Counted from the stretch's first letter, positions 1 through 18,218 are shown. The stretch is 64,000 nt of DNA from the human T2T-CHM13v2.0 reference genome, Homo sapiens (GCF_009914755.1 NC_060929.1), one strand, 5' to 3'. Translations and numbers: made by a program. The notes: generated by a model from the sequence alone, not told the origin.

Positions 1-59
1 TAATTTATTGTTTCTCCTCTGGCTGGTAGGGAGAAGGGAAAAGCTTCTGGGTAGTCCTC

Positions 60-480
60 TGATACTACTTGTCCCTGCCCATATCTCATGTTTAATTGTA
101 ATCTCCAGTGTTGGAGGTAGGGCCTAGTCGGGGGTCAGCGGATCATGGGGGTGGATTTCTCATGAATGGCTTAGTACCACCCCCTTGATGCCGTCCTCAC
201 CATAGTGAGTGACTTTTCATGACATCTGGCTGTTTAAAACCGTATGGCCTCTCTCTCTGTCTCTCTCTGTCTCCCCTGCTTTTGCCCATGTGATGTGCAA
301 GGTCCTGCTTTGCCTTTCACCATGATTGTGTTTCCAGAGGACTCCCCAGAAGCAGATGCTGGCACTATGTTTCCTGTACAGCCTGCACATCTGTGATTCA
401 TCTAACCACCCCGCCTCCTTTTTAAATAATTACCCAGTCTCAGGTATTTCTTTATATAAATGCAAGAACGGCCGAACACA
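60..480 (+). mobile_element. MaLR solo LTR (MSTB-like)
   Basis: TG...CA termini. Carries MST motifs atctcatgtttaattgtaatctccagtgttggagg, ccccagaagcagatgctggc and aattacccagtctcaggtatttctttat. Confidence 0.8.
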
Positions 481-732
481 CTCTCAAATAAGTTTCTTGA
501 ATTGATCATTTCTATTTGAAAAGAAGCCTCAGAAACTTGCCCTTTTGAGAAACAAGGTAAAACTTGAAGGCATTTACCAAAAGAACAAGTTGAACTACTG
601 TTAGGCAGAGTGCATTCTGGCCCAGTTTCTTTAACAAATTATAGGGAAAACACAAACAAACTTCAGGTCAAATGCACAATTGTGAGTGTTTAAACGTAAG
701 CCTCTGTTGACTAAAGAAAAAAAAAACAAAAC

Positions 733-1031
<299 letters not shown>

Positions 1032-2184
1032 TAAAAGAATTAAAGTTGATTTTATTCAGAAATCTTTCACCAAGGACTATAGCCTGAGGTCTACTGTCCA
1101 GAAGTAGCCCTTTGGAAAGAGCCTACCAGACTGCTCTGGCACAGCATTTCAGTGTATTGTTAGTGTATTGATTCTTTGAGCATTAGAAATAATTTTTAAT
1201 ATTAATATATGTATATTGAATGTATATGCATGAATATTTATAGAAACATAGTTGCAGTGCTTATAAAATTCAGCCTAATTAAGGGTAAAGGGAGATTGGA
1301 TACTTTTACAGATTGTAACCAATTTAATTTCCTTACGTTTCTTATCCTTTTGCCATTCCTGTCTTTTGAAAATGTGTGGGCCCAATACGAGGCAGTGAGC
1401 CAAATAAGCAGTGTAAGTATGTGGAAAACCTGCTTTTTGTTAAAGAAAGTCTACTTGAATTTTGATTGAAAAAGGTATTTTCTTCCAATATAGATGGTTG
1501 ATCAAATATGTAAGTCAGGGAAGCAGAAAAAATTGTTTAAAATGAACCATCACAAGGAAAGAAAAAGAAAGTAAAAAAAAAGAGTTAAAATGGAGCGAGA
1601 AAGAAGTAAGAAAACTTTATATTCAGAAAAATTGTCTTGCCATTTCAAGTAATATTCTTATTTTACTTTGCTGGTGAATATATTAAGGTAGGAAGGATTT
1701 TTTTAGTCTTATCAGAATATTATAAATGTGTGTACTATTTTAAATAAATAGTACTTTGTTGTACATATTCTTTTATAACCTATCTACTTTAGCAGCTTCC
1801 ATTCATAACTTCTCTCTCCCTTTGACTCTCTGATCTAGCCACAGTGGATTTCTAATGGTACCTTATTTGTACATATTATCTTACACAGATCTTTCTACCT
1901 GGGATGTTTTTCCCTCCATTCTTTCCCAAGTTAGCATATATGACAACTTCATATGTCAGGTTACATTGCCATTTTCTCAAAGAAACTTTTTTATCCCCTC
2001 TTTCTAGACAAATTCGTCATAGTATGTAGTCTTATAGCACTATCTCTCCTTCTTAGTAGCTAAAGCAGATATAATGTTTCATTTTTCTTAGATTTAATAA
2101 TGTTTTTCTTCAGGAAAAATAAGCTTTCCGTATGGGAATGGTCAAAACCTTTGCTTGCCATTTCTGAAATACTTATTAGTGCTC

Positions 2185-2555
2185 TATTCTAATTCTTCTG
2201 TGTTGTCTGCATAACAAGGATCCTGAAGCCTGAAAATTACATTTTCTAAACTCCCTTGCAGCTGGGTATTGCAAGGATTGGATAGGTTCTGCCAATAGTA
2301 GTCTCTGGAAAGAAGTAAGATTCCTGCTGGGAGGGAAAAGGCATTCTGCCTCTGTTTCTAGCATAAGCCTTGGTGGTAGCTACAGGTGATTATGTGCCCG
2401 AGGCAGCAGCATCAGTAGTTTCAGTAATGAAAGCAGGAAAGCTCCTGCCTGGTCTCATCGCCCTAATTCCATCACATGTGTAACAGATTCCTGCATTGAA
2501 TCCCTCACTGCCTTGCTTAGATTGGTTTCTGATTTCCTAACTGGATCCTGACCAG
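2185..2555 (+). mobile_element. Old ERVL-type LTR (LTR33/LTR16-like)
   Basis: Motif attacattttctaaactcccttgcagctggg and 3' end ggtttctgatttcctaactggatcctgac resemble the LTR16/33 group. Boundaries are approximate. Confidence 0.45.
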
Positions 2556-4208
2556 TAAACCTAGTTCCTAGTGTGTATTATAGAAAAATAAATATACCTA
2601 TTTTTCCCACTCAATATGCCATAGATACTTTTTATGCAATTAAATACAGGTCTAAATCAATATTGATTTTCCAAATCCATTTAAATTACTCCCTTCTAGC
2701 TAAGCTATAAAATGGAAATACGATTCTTTTAAATCCTTTCTATATTAGTGGAAGGTACACTTAATGTTTAACTTCCTATTTGTTTATTTTATCAGGTCTT
2801 GGCCACAAATGATAAGGAGTTGTAACTAGGACTTTTGAATTAAATGGATTTACTGAGAATGCATATGGTTCTTTTTAAGCTTAATTTTTATTAATAATTT
2901 AGATTTATGAAAACTAGTTAATTTGTCCACACTAATAAAGTATCTTTCAAGATGTATTTTAATATATTCTATGTAAATAAAAATTATTAAGAAATAAACT
3001 GGTCATAAATAATAGCTATATTTGGTATCCTATTTGACTGATATTTTCCTTCCTTGTGATGTTAGAAAAAAATTATCCCAGAGTTCTATATAGTCCTAAT
3101 GACATTTCTAAATCTTCAAGAGAGTAACATAAAAGTTTCAGACTTGAAGATTAGTATATAATTGAACAGATCCTGGTTCACCCTAACTTTGAGTGATTTT
3201 GGAGGCAGAATAATGTATCCATTGGGAGAAGAATATAACAAATTAAAATTGTCACTCTCTTTAAATTTAAAATAGTTATAATAAAGTGAAAGCCATGAAA
3301 CATTATCTTTGTGTTAAAATCATTTGTTATATTTAAAAAAGTGTCTCAGTATGTACAGAAATGAAAACAAAAATGACAGGCATTTGAACTAAACAAAGAA
3401 ATGATTAATTTCCAATTGATTAATCAAAATGAAGTTAAAGTTTCCTGGAAGATTTATTTTGACTTACATTTTTTCTCTAGTAAAAAATAACATTTTTATA
3501 TTATGTGTTCTTGCCAAACAATATAAACAGTTGAGGCCTTTAGTTAAATATTTTAATGAAAGAGCCTGTTTTTGTACATCTAAAGTTTTATATTTGAGTA
3601 GAAGTCCATGTAGTTTGTTTGAAATAATCAAGAAAATTGAAAAATGATTTTGGTAGGATATAAACTTATGTTTAAAGTAATTATTATGTGAACATTCTGA
3701 ATTTTTAAATATTATTGTTTCACTCTGTGGATCTTTAATTTCTAAGAATTATTGAAAAGCTGGTTTAGCTTATAGTTTGTGGGATAGATATTAAAATTTG
3801 ATGTCTCTAGTCTGAAGAAATTTACAACAAACTTGCATTAACAAGTTACTGGACAATATCTAAACCTAAACGCATCAAGGATCTTAGTTTATGCATCATT
3901 TCAATATCTGGTTCATGACTTAAGAGAAGAAGCAGGTATTTCCTTTGTAGTTGTGAATTCTTATTATAAGTTTTTTAACTGTTGAATTTTTTTAAAAAGT
4001 TTTTAAAAACATATTCTCTTCTACAAGAAAAACTTATTTCTCTTCTACAGGATTATGTGCCAGATAAAAGGAAAGGGGAAAAAATTAAAATACATTGTCT
4101 ACAAAGATCCTTTATAGATCCTTTTAGTGGACAACTAAAAGAAAAAAAGGAAAAAAAGGGAGAATAGGGTAAAGAAAATATACAACAAAATTAGATTTAA
4201 AATTTTCT

Positions 4209-4428
4209 TTTTTTTATTGTACTTTAAGTTTTAGGGTACATGTGCACAACGTGCAGGTTAGTTACATATGTATACATTTGCCATGTTGGTGTCCTGCACC
4301 CATTAACTTGTCATTTAACGTTAGGTATATCTCCTAATGCTATCCCTCCCCCTCCCCCCACCCTACAACAGGCCCCGGTGTGTGATGCTCCCCTTCCTGT
4401 GTCCATGTGTTCTCATTGTTCAATTCCC
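4209..4428 (-). mobile_element. 5'-truncated L1PA 3' UTR (~220 bp)
   Basis: Poly-T then tactttaagttttagggtacatgtgcac...tcattgttcaattccc. Target-site duplication (TSD) aaaattttct at 4199-4208 and 4429-4438. Confidence 0.9.
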
Positions 4429-4509
4429 AAAATTTTCTAATGTTTTCCTAAAATTATACTAATCACTGAGCAGGAACAAGGTAGACACACACAAATACAG
4501 ACCCTGGCA

Positions 4510-4850
4510 ATTTTTAACTTTTTTATTTGGAAATACTTATAGATTCATAGAAGGTTGGAAAGATAGGGACAGACAGCTTCTGTGTATCAATTTCTTATTT
4601 ATCTCCCAATGGATACATATTAAATAATTATAGTATAATATCTAAACAAGGAAACTGACATTGATAAAATGTTATTTTACTGATGTGTCATTGTTCTATG
4701 TCATTTATCACAAGTGTAGATTTTTGTAACCACCCCTGCAATCAGGATACAGACCTACTTCATGAATATAAAAATCTGCCTCCTATTAACCTTTAATAAT
4801 CATACCCACCATTCCCTCACCCATCCCTGAACACTGGCAACTATTACTTT
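4510..4850 (-). mobile_element. Ancient L1M (L1MC/MD-like) 3' end
   Basis: Degenerate antisense L1M 3' UTR motifs (cttatagattcatagaaggttg, gaaactgacattgat, tgtaaccacc...aatcaggatacag). Confidence 0.55.
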
Positions 4851-5263
4851 GAAGTGTAAATGCAAACTTCAAATCCTTCTAACAGTGAATAAAAAACAAA
4901 AAAACAGGCCACTTACAAGGAAGTGACAGGCAGGCTGATAAAAAGCTTCTTATTAGTAATCTGGACCTCATCTCTGAAAATTAGAGAAATTTTTCTTGAA
5001 CAAAATACAGTTGAAATATTTATTTGAAGTAAAGTAAGTGAGAAGATTATGTGTTTAGTGCTTCTTCTCTGAAGAGAAATGCCAGACTTTTTTGGTTAAC
5101 TTATATCTTCTGAAAAATTTAGTTTTCAACCAAACAATAAATAGAAGAGGTAAGGTTTTTTAAAAGAATATAAAGAAAGTTTATGAAAGAGGTCCATCTA
5201 ACATGTGACTTTTCTCTTTCCATTAAACTATTATGGAATTTTCACTGATAAAAAGTTTCTTCA

Positions 5264-5572
<309 letters not shown>

Positions 5573-5614
5573 TTAGAGTTTAGATTAATATGCAGATAAC
5601 TATCTATATAATTA

Positions 5615-5802
5615 TTTATTTTTATTTCCATAGGTTTATGGGAAACAGGTGGTGATTGGTTACATGAGTAAGTTCTTTAGTGGTGATTTGTGAGATTTTG
5701 GTGCACCCATCACCCAAGCAGCATACACGGTACCCAATTTGTAGTCTTTTATCCCTCACTTTCCTCCCACCCTTTTGCGCAAGTCCCCAAGGTCCATTGT
5801 AT
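5615..5802 (-). mobile_element. L1PB-type 3' end fragment
   Basis: ggttacatgagtaagttctttagtggtgatttgtgagattttggtgcacccatcacccaagcag is the antisense L1PB 3' UTR. Confidence 0.75.
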
Positions 5803-5962
5803 AATTAAATATCTATATGATTTATTGATGCAGAGTAAGAATCCTTTATATATATATAAAATATATATAGTGTATACATATACATGTAATGTGTTATATA
5901 TAATAATGTATTCTCTTATCGAGAATTGTATACATACTATACTTAAATATACACACACAGTT

Positions 5963-5965
<3 letters not shown>

Positions 5966-6013
<48 letters not shown>
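5966..6013. repeat. (TA)n microsatellite
   Basis: About 24 perfect TA units directly before an Alu. Confidence 0.95.
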
Positions 6014-6016
<3 letters not shown>

Positions 6017-6291
6017 CAGGCATGGTGGCTCATGCCTGTAATCCCAGCACTTTGGGAGGCTGAGATGGGAGGATCACATGAGGGCAGGAGTTCAAGACCA
6101 GCCTGACTAGCCGAAACTCCATCTCTACTACAAATACAAAAATTAGCTGGATTTGGTGGCACATGCTTGTAATCCCAGCTACTCAGGAGGCTGAGGCAGG
6201 AGAATAGCTGAAACCTGGGAGGCGGAGGTTGCAGTGAGCCGGGATCATGTCACTGCCCTCCAGCCTGGTTGACAGAGTGAGACTCCATTTC

Positions 6292-6300
<9 letters not shown>
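6014..6300 (+). mobile_element. AluS with small internal deletion
   Basis: ggccaggcatggtggctcatgcc through an A-tail, followed by a second (TA)n at 6301-6322. Confidence 0.9.
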
Positions 6301-6323
<23 letters not shown>

Positions 6324-6479
6324 AAATTGTGTAGTATGTCTGCATTGTCTTAATTGAATACACACCTTAAGATATTTCTCTCTCTCTCTTATTGAGGTAA
6401 AATTCATCTAACACAAAATTAACTATTTTAAGTTATACAATTACTGGCATTTAGTACATTCATCCAGCTCCAAAAGTTT

Positions 6480-6998
6480 TAGGACATTTGCTTGAGCTGC
6501 TTGAAAGCCCCACTGCAGAGCTTTCTGCTGGCCTCATATGGTACCCACACTTTGGTATAGTCTCCTTCCGTATTGACTCTGGGCTTGTCGTTGTGAGCTG
6601 CTTTGGCCAAAAGGACAACAAAAACAATTCTAACAAAAACTTGGTACATGCTGGCATGTTGAGGCTTGCCCTCTCGAAATTCAGCCTCCATGTTAAGAAG
6701 TCTTGGCTATTCTCCTGGAAAAGTTATGCAGAAAACAGAAGCACCCTGGTCAGGAGTCTTCGTTGAGGTCATAAACAAGGGAAGCCATCTGTGACTTGCC
6801 AACCACAAAACAACTTGCCAATTGACTATTAATGCATGAGTAGCACTCACTTATTCCCACATGGAACTTAGATTAGTTCCCCAGCTAAGCCCTGGCTAAA
6901 CACCAACACATAGTATTGTGGGCAAAGAAATAGTGGTTATTTGAAGCAAATAAATTTTCAGTCACTTAGTTTTGTAACAAACAGGTAATTAAAATACT
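6480..6998 (+). mobile_element. MLT1-type MaLR LTR (MLT1F/G-like)
   Basis: Motifs cttgccctctcgaaattcagcctccatgttaagaagtc and ccagctaagccc, plus a 3' end like ttttgtaacaaacaggtaattaaaatac. The 5' boundary is uncertain. Confidence 0.45.
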
Positions 6999-8519
6999 GC
7001 CTTTCAAATATTTTCTGCAGCTCTGCTGTCTACCCATCTAAATGCTACCTGTAATCACAGACTTCTAATATTGAAAAAATCCTGTGCTTGTTTTATGACA
7101 GAGTAAAACACAAAAGGAGAGAGTAGAAAACAAAGGAGTGCTTGGACCATAATAGCTCTCAAAACATTAACTCAAAGAGCCCCTGGTATAAAACTACCTT
7201 TGAAATCCTGTGGATCCAACTTTGTGCTACGGTTCTTTTAAACAGGGATCAGAACAGTCTGGATTCTTTCTGGGTAAATTCTGACTTACTTTTTTCCTCC
7301 TAAGTCCCTCCTCCATCATTTGGGGAAGATAAGAAGGGATTCTAATTATTAAGTTATGTGTACATATCTACCTGTGTTTCTTGTTTTCTCACATGTTATT
7401 ACTGGGGATAATAGCAAGTCATTATGGCACATACTGCCCCTCTCACTTGCTCCATCAATCTCTGCAAATACTAATGATGTTCTCTCTTCACAAGTAGACT
7501 TAAAGAACAACAAAAAATTAACCTGAAGCTTCTTTCACAAGATAGTTTGTCATTTTTATAAAGTAACTGGTTTTCAAGGAATTCAATTTATCTTTTGTTG
7601 TCATTAGTTCGTTTTCTGTGCCTCTCATTTCAGTTTCACCCTAATATTGAGAAATTCAATTTTTATGATGGAGGAGTATTGGACTCATGTTTCAATACGT
7701 TTTTGGGGGTTATAATTATATTAAAATAATGGGCTAGGCACTGTGAGAGATTAAAGAAATGTATAACAGATTATCCCTAACTGATATAAAATTAGAGTCC
7801 AGTTAATAGAATGCTTTATGTATTCCATTTCGTCTGAGATGTGGGTGAGAAGATACATTATTGTTGGTATTTTAAGCTTCTTAAAAATGAAACAATCATA
7901 TTTTCCCTAAACATAAAACAAAATAGCTTATATATTTTTATTATTATAAAAGTAATATGTGTTATTTCAAAAAACGTGGAAAACAACGAAAAACAAATAA
8001 AAATGTTTAAAAGTTACCTTTATTTTAGACTACTTACTTGTATCTTTTATATATATAAATAAATCAATAGGTAGAATGCATGCAAGAGAGAGAGCCCAAG
8101 AGAGTCATCAGAATGATCGGAGTGAGAGTGAAAGCAAAGACAAGGAGATTATCCAGACTAGAGTATAAAGCTGGTCTTATTTTTTACTATGTACTTAAAT
8201 TTATATTGTAAGCATTTACCTATGAATTTAATAGGCTTTAAAAATTTAATTTTTATAACTGCATAGCATTTTATTTTGTGGATATAACATAAAATACTTA
8301 CCATTCCTCTACTGTTACATCTCCCTCTCTCATTTTATCACATAGGCAATGTTTTAGTATATTAAAAATATTTCTGTTTCTTAAATGGAAAAAGTTATTT
8401 AACAAGTTTAGCCTATTATTTATGCTATTTTTAATGTCTTATATACTTCCCCGCCTCCTTGTGCTACCCCCTCTACTAGTTTACCAATTTAACACCTGCC
8501 CAGATATCTAACAATTGTG

Positions 8520-9400
8520 TAAGCAAAAGCATTGTTACAATTGGAAGCCCACCTATGTCTAAATATTTAAAAGATGCATATCAAACTAACAGACTTTACA
8601 TAAAATATGTTCTGCTTACTTACTCATACAAATATAATTTCATAAATACAAACTTGAAAAAGTATGATTTTTATATTACTAAACACTGGCAAAAAATCAC
8701 GATAAAAATGACTCAATTTAATTAATATTGCCCATGTCTGGCCTTCTTTGATGTGCTGAAAATACTTGGATTAAACTCGTCATTTACAAATTATTGATTT
8801 ATAAAATTTATTTCCTTCGTTTTGGCAAAATCAGTAGTCATGTTGTTATAATAAATATTCTCTCATAATTTGTATTCCAAACTTCTGTTTAATCTTTATA
8901 GTCTTATATATCATTTTCTGAATTTAAATTTGAGGGTATTTATCTTTGCCAACATAATAGCAGATGGAATTGTCAATAAATTTCTTAAAACAATATCTAA
9001 ATTGGAAAAAGAAATATACATTTCAATATATAATTTTCAAATATGTGGTTGCATATTATGGATTATCATTATATAAATAGTGCAACATATTTTAACATTA
9101 TCATATAAATCATTATTATTTATAATCATAATATTCATAATATAGTAAAATGTAGACCCATACATTTTTTTCTCAAGTCCTTCTTTCAAATATTTTAATG
9201 CTGGAATGTTAGGAAATACAGTATCATCTTTTAAAAAGCAGTATTATGTTTCCCAATATGTCATCTCTGTTTAATTAAGACTATCTTAGTCTATAGTGAC
9301 TAGGAAATAGACCATATGAAGTAGTTCATTACTTTTTGTAAGTGGATCTTTTCCTGTAGACAAACATTTTTGCTTCTGAGTTGTATTTTACTGGATTGCT
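8520..9400. mobile_element. Possible ancient hAT-type DNA transposon remnant
   Basis: aattggaagcccacctatgtctaaatatttaaaag...aaactaacagac resembles hAT-Tip100 group consensus sequences as I recall them. Highly decayed. Confidence 0.3.
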
Positions 9401-9762
9401 ACCTTTTTTTTTTTTTTTGCTAATTTCACATGAAGTTTCTTTTAATAGAAAAATACCAAACTTCTTCATCCTTTAAAAAGTGAAACAGCCAAACTTAGAT
9501 TTATCTAGTTTTTTAAAGGATGTGTTAACATTAGTATTAGCAGAAAAATTTCTTATACTATGTAGCTATTGATATACTCAAATTTAAGGTTTTTTGTTAG
9601 ACCATGCTTTGCTCATTATGTGGGATTTTTTTTCATAACTCTTCTGATACATTGTATCTTGGCTAAATGAAATGTAATTGGGTTAGCAACATGTTATATT
9701 TTCATTATGCGTTTGAGAGAGGTTGTTGAGTCAAAATTTGATATGTGTCTTATCAAGATATC

Positions 9763-10010
9763 TCTGGTGATCTACTGCACAGCATGTTGATTATAGTTAC
9801 AATAATGTATTATATACTTCAAAATTGCTGAAAGCATGTATTTTAAATGTTCTTACCACAAAGAAATGATAAATATATGGGGTGATGGATGTGTTAATTA
9901 GCCTGATTTGATCATTCCACAATAGATACACATACCAAGACATCACATTCTGCCTTATAAATATATAAAATCATTATATGTCAATTAAAAATAAAATATA
10001 AATTTAAAAA
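9763..10010 (+). mobile_element. L1MA 3' end
   Basis: gatctactgcacagcatg...caaaattgctgaaag...aatgttcttaccacaaagaaatgataaat...gtcaattaaaaataaaa. Confidence 0.8.
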
Positions 10011-10114
10011 TTTTATCTTGGCAAGAGCTGGAAAATGTGAAATATTATACCTAATTGCTCCATATAATGTCATCAATCTCAGTGTATTTGAGGCTATTTC
10101 TCCCAGTTACACGT

Positions 10115-10203
10115 ATCATTAGTTAAGGAACTTACATCATTAGTTAAGGAATTCCTTAACATCCATTAGTTAAAGAATAACTTACATCATTAGTTAAGGA
10201 ACA
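10115..10203. repeat. Short complex repeat: 4 copies of cattagttaa(g/a)gaa with an internal 18-bp palindrome
   Basis: Direct reading. gttaaggaattccttaac (10143-10160) is a perfect palindrome. Confidence 0.85.
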
Positions 10204-10709
10204 CTGATAGATTTTTCAGCCGGACTTCTGTCTTACATACTTCTCCTTCACCATCAATGTTAGCAGTGTAATCATAGACTTGTTCTCAGTATCAGAAATC
10301 AGTTCACAATTGAAAGATTTTGTTTGTTTGTTTGTTACTTCTCAAGTAAAGACTTAAGTTTAACTTTTACAGCTGGTCTAAAACAAGTAATTTTTTTTCT
10401 AATTGTCCAACAATACTAGTAATAAATATTAGTGTTCAGCATAGTTTTTGTCTTTTATTATTATCACTTTAAATTTTTAAACATATTATGGGTACTTTAT
10501 TAAACACATTATGGATGTTTTATTCTCTTTGTTTTTTATTCCATTAATCTCATTTTGAAGTTACTATTTTAGTTGTCATTTAATTATTTTTAAAATTTAT
10601 TTTCATGTTTCATTATTCTACCATTAGATTTTGAAATCATTTCTCTTACATCTAGAAAATAACCATTATCTTGTATAAAAATTATGAAATTAGTGTTACA
10701 GAAAATATC

Positions 10710-13853
<3,144 letters not shown>

Positions 13854-15243
13854 AGAGGAATATGTTTATTTTGTCTCAGTACTATGCAATATATTCATTG
13901 TCTCCCTCTTCCAAACTATATCACATGCTTAATATTAGAATGTTATTTATTCAAGCTGCAGTTGATTGCATATGCTAGATTTTATTTTTAACCTTTTGAC
14001 ATTGTTTCAGAAGAATATATTATTTTTGCATTTATTTGCAAGTAACTTACTATGCTGTAAAGTTGGGAATATAATAGACTATTTATATTTATTTACTGTA
14101 TTCAAGTTTAATATATCTCACTTTCAAGGTAGTTCAAAAGTCTTTACATGAGATTTGAAAAACACACATACAACATCATTTGTGATTTGGATGGTTAATA
14201 AACATGAAAGAAACAAGAAAGGAATCAAGAAATTACAACTACACGTTTTATTCAAATGTTATCATAGCAAAAACTTTGGAAGAGCTTTACTTGTTGAACT
14301 TTAGATGGAAGGATATGCTTATGCTGCTATTCCTGCTCTAGTCCCTGCCTAATTCTGAGGTCATTAAACAGGACTGTCCCTTTGTCTCCCATTTATGCAA
14401 CCCAGGAACATGAACCATTTTAACTCTCATAAATACACATGTTCCTTCTTACTTCAGGATCTCTCTCCGTGTTTTATTCTCTTCTTGTAAGCGTCTTCTG
14501 CTCACTTTTTCCTGACGAATTCCTTCTTAGGCTTATAAATTCCTCTCAGTGATCTTTTCCACAAAAGACTCTTGTCCCCTTTTTCTCTTTGGTCTCAAGA
14601 TATTTCCCTTGATAACAATCTCAATATTATCTTGGATATCTTTCTTTATGATAAACTGAAGAGTTAAGTAATTAAATATTTAATAGCTGTATTTTTCTGC
14701 TGAACATAAGCTTTAAAGGGGCAGGGACTCTCTTGTTTTCTCTCAGTTTTCAATACCTAATACAGTATCAACATCTAATACTGAATAGGCATGAAATCAA
14801 TATTTACTGAATGAATAAATGCAATGGAATTTTAACTTCCTACCATATTAAAAAAAATTGTGATCCCATGTATTTAAACCTTCAGATTTAAGTAGGTGAC
14901 TCTCATTTCAGGGGGAAAAGCCCACTATTGTTTTAAAGTTTCTATGTATATGTTTTATTTAAATACAAGTTTTCTTTTTTGGCAGGGCCTTATCAATTCA
15001 TTTCTAATATATAGGTATATTTAAACATTTTATTTTTTAATCTCAAATCAGATATATTGTAATTCTTTCAACTGAATTTTTCATTTTCTGTATATCATAC
15101 TAATATAGGTATAGGCAATAAATAATTTATTCCAGTTATCTAATTCATACTTTTCATTGAATTAAATAATTTCTATGTCATTTTAATGGTTAAACTTAGT
15201 GGCCCGTTAGCTAAGTTAGGGGCTCTATTAAAGTTAGGGGCCC

Positions 15244-15550
15244 AGTCAGGCATGGTGGTGGTGGCCCAAGTCTATAATCACAGCACTCTGGGAGGCATAG
15301 GCGGGAGGGTTGCTTGAGTCCAGGAGTTCAAGACCAGCCAGGGCATCATATCTACAAAAATAAAAATAAAAATAAAAAGGTTAGCCAATCATGGAAGTGC
15401 TCGCCTGTAATCCTAGCTATTCAGGAGGCTAAGGTGGAGGATCACTCGAGCCTAGGAGTTTGAGGTTACAGTGAGGCTAGAGCTGCATTGTCTCCATACA
15501 GCAAGACCCTGTCTGTAAAATAATAATAATAATGATGATGATGATAAAAA
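15244..15550 (+). mobile_element. AluJ
   Basis: Diverged dimer with an (aat)n/(gat)n tail and TSD taaagttag(g/a)ggccc. Confidence 0.85.
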
Positions 15551-16418
15551 ATAAAGTTAGAGGCCCACTTGCCCCCATTTTTTATATTTTTGTTTCATTA
15601 TAACTTTACTTCTAAGAACTTATTAACATCAACACATGCTTTAAACTCTAAATAAAAACATCACTAAGAGATAACTTTTCTAAAAAGAATGCTCAACTTC
15701 AAACATAATGAATTAGCACCTACTCTGAGCCACTCATGTTTTCTAAAGTTATATACAGAATTTTTCAAATTTATTAGTTAAATTTCTATAGCCAGAAGAG
15801 TTAAAATAAAAGGTGCACAAGAGGAACATAACAGCTTATTAGCCTATTAGCAGTAGAATTAAACATGATTTTGTAATATCCATGCCTATGAGATGGGCTA
15901 TGAAGGGAAGATAGTATCTCAAAGCCAGAGGTCTGCTTAGAGGCCATCTAATCCCAACATGATGAAGGGTGCTTTCTCCACAATTATCTCTCATCTCATA
16001 AGTACTGGAACAATTATAAGTTTTTCACTATCTTTTCAGCATCTCTTTACATTTTTGAACATCCAATATTATTAGAAAGTTTTCTTTTACATTGACACAG
16101 AATATGTGATAACTTCCACACATCCTTACCTGTTTGTTTTGAATTCAAACAAAAAACAACACATTTAGTCCACATTTATATTAAACATCTTGAAAGCACA
16201 TTTTTACTATTGTACCAATATTGATGTTGGTAGTTCTGAGATCTCTGAAGTTTGACTTACTACTCCAGAATGTAGTTAATTTAGACTAAGAGGCCTAGTC
16301 TCATTGGTAAAGCTTAGGTTTACACTTTAGTTTATCTTTACCATCTTGTTCTTTAATTTGTTCTCATCTAAGTTTAGCATATTCTTTCATATCTGAAGAG
16401 TATTCCCTCTCTCTCTCT

Positions 16419-16697
<279 letters not shown>

Positions 16698-17349
16698 CAT
16701 CTGAAGAGTATTCTCTTCAATAAAGACAGAAGAAAAATAGGAGAGGAGCGATACCACAATGTCATTCATTCTTATTGTGATAGTCATTGCTGGTCGATGC
16801 TCTGGAATGAAGAAATATATGGACAAGTCCAGTCTTCTTCCATGCTCAAAGTAAACTAAAAAAAATCCTTTATGTGACCTTTTTATTAAACATAAATCTA
16901 AGTTTATTGAGAAATCATCTTTGATACTGGTGATATACTTACAAACCCAGGCCAAATTTTATGTTTCTTCTTGATTGTATGTTATACTGAAAACTGACAG
17001 ACAATTTGGACATGCACAACTCTTAGACTCTCCTTGGGTAAATATGACTAGATTCCAATAATTACAGTTGGGGAAGGCGACTGTTGTCACCCTGACGAAA
17101 CTCTGACACATGTTCTGCTGCTAATTGGCAAGTAAACGTGAACAATTATATAACTTTTGTGATCTGGATGACTTCTGATACTCTGTCCTTTTGGTGCTTC
17201 AATAGCATGTGTCATGCAGATCTAAAGGAAATGTTACATTGTTTTAGCAATAGGATTTGGCTGTGCAGACTCAGATAGCAAACAATCCTCTGAATCAGTG
17301 TATGGGTATCAGTGCACTTAAAAATCAAGGATAAAATATATGTAAATAA

Positions 17350-17940
17350 GGGAAACTATGTTTCTCACTGTCGGAGTGGGAAATTTCAAATTAGCCATAG
17401 GGAAGGCTAGAATGACCCATGTGGTATTGAGCTAGCATTAGCGACATCAGTAGGTGCTAATGTTTTAACCTAATATAGACGATGATAGATACATAGATAA
17501 TTATAGACATGTCTATTTACAGAGATTATGTTCATTTATTTCTTGGTTCTGTCTGCTCATAAGACCTGGAAGCAATGGCGCTTTAATAGCAATGAGAACA
17601 GTTCATAATCACATCTTGTTTTTTAATGTATTATCTAATAAAAGGAACCAGTGTTCCTTGGAGAAATGACTAATTCTAGTACTGGGGCAGGAAATACACA
17701 AGGTGAGCCTGGAGCATTTTTTAGAGCCATAAAAAAGGAAGTGCTCATAAAACAAAACAATGGGGTATGTCAAGGAGATGCGGGTGACAACTGAAAGAGC
17801 TTCCAATGGCCAAAGTCTGAACAGTTTGGGCAACAAAATAATAATATAGTAATGTATTATAACCCAAATTATAAAATGACTATATATGAGTCCATGGCAA
17901 TATATAACCGATTAAATTAGATAACTAAATAGGAAAGCAA
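17350..17940 (+). mobile_element. L1MC/L1MD 3' UTR fragment
   Basis: Motifs aaaggaaccagtgttccttggagaaatg, ggggcaggaaatacacaaggtgagcctggagca and gaaagagcttccaatggccaaag. Confidence 0.65.
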
Positions 17941-18218
17941 ATACACATATTTATGTGTATACACTTACCAGATTTTATACATTATTTGTTTAAGATAAGA
18001 AAAATATCAACCACTTCCTTTTTTAGAACCATTTCTCCTTTTTTATTCTGGTCAATCAACAAATTTTGAAAGACAAATTTTACCAATAAAATTTTTATTA
18101 ATTATCATAATGCTAGTTTCATAACTTGTTAAAGCTATCTCTAGAGAAATATATACCCTTTGAGTATATTTCCAATTATGTTTACTAAATGTCCCTTAAG
18201 TATGAATTAAGGCTGTGG

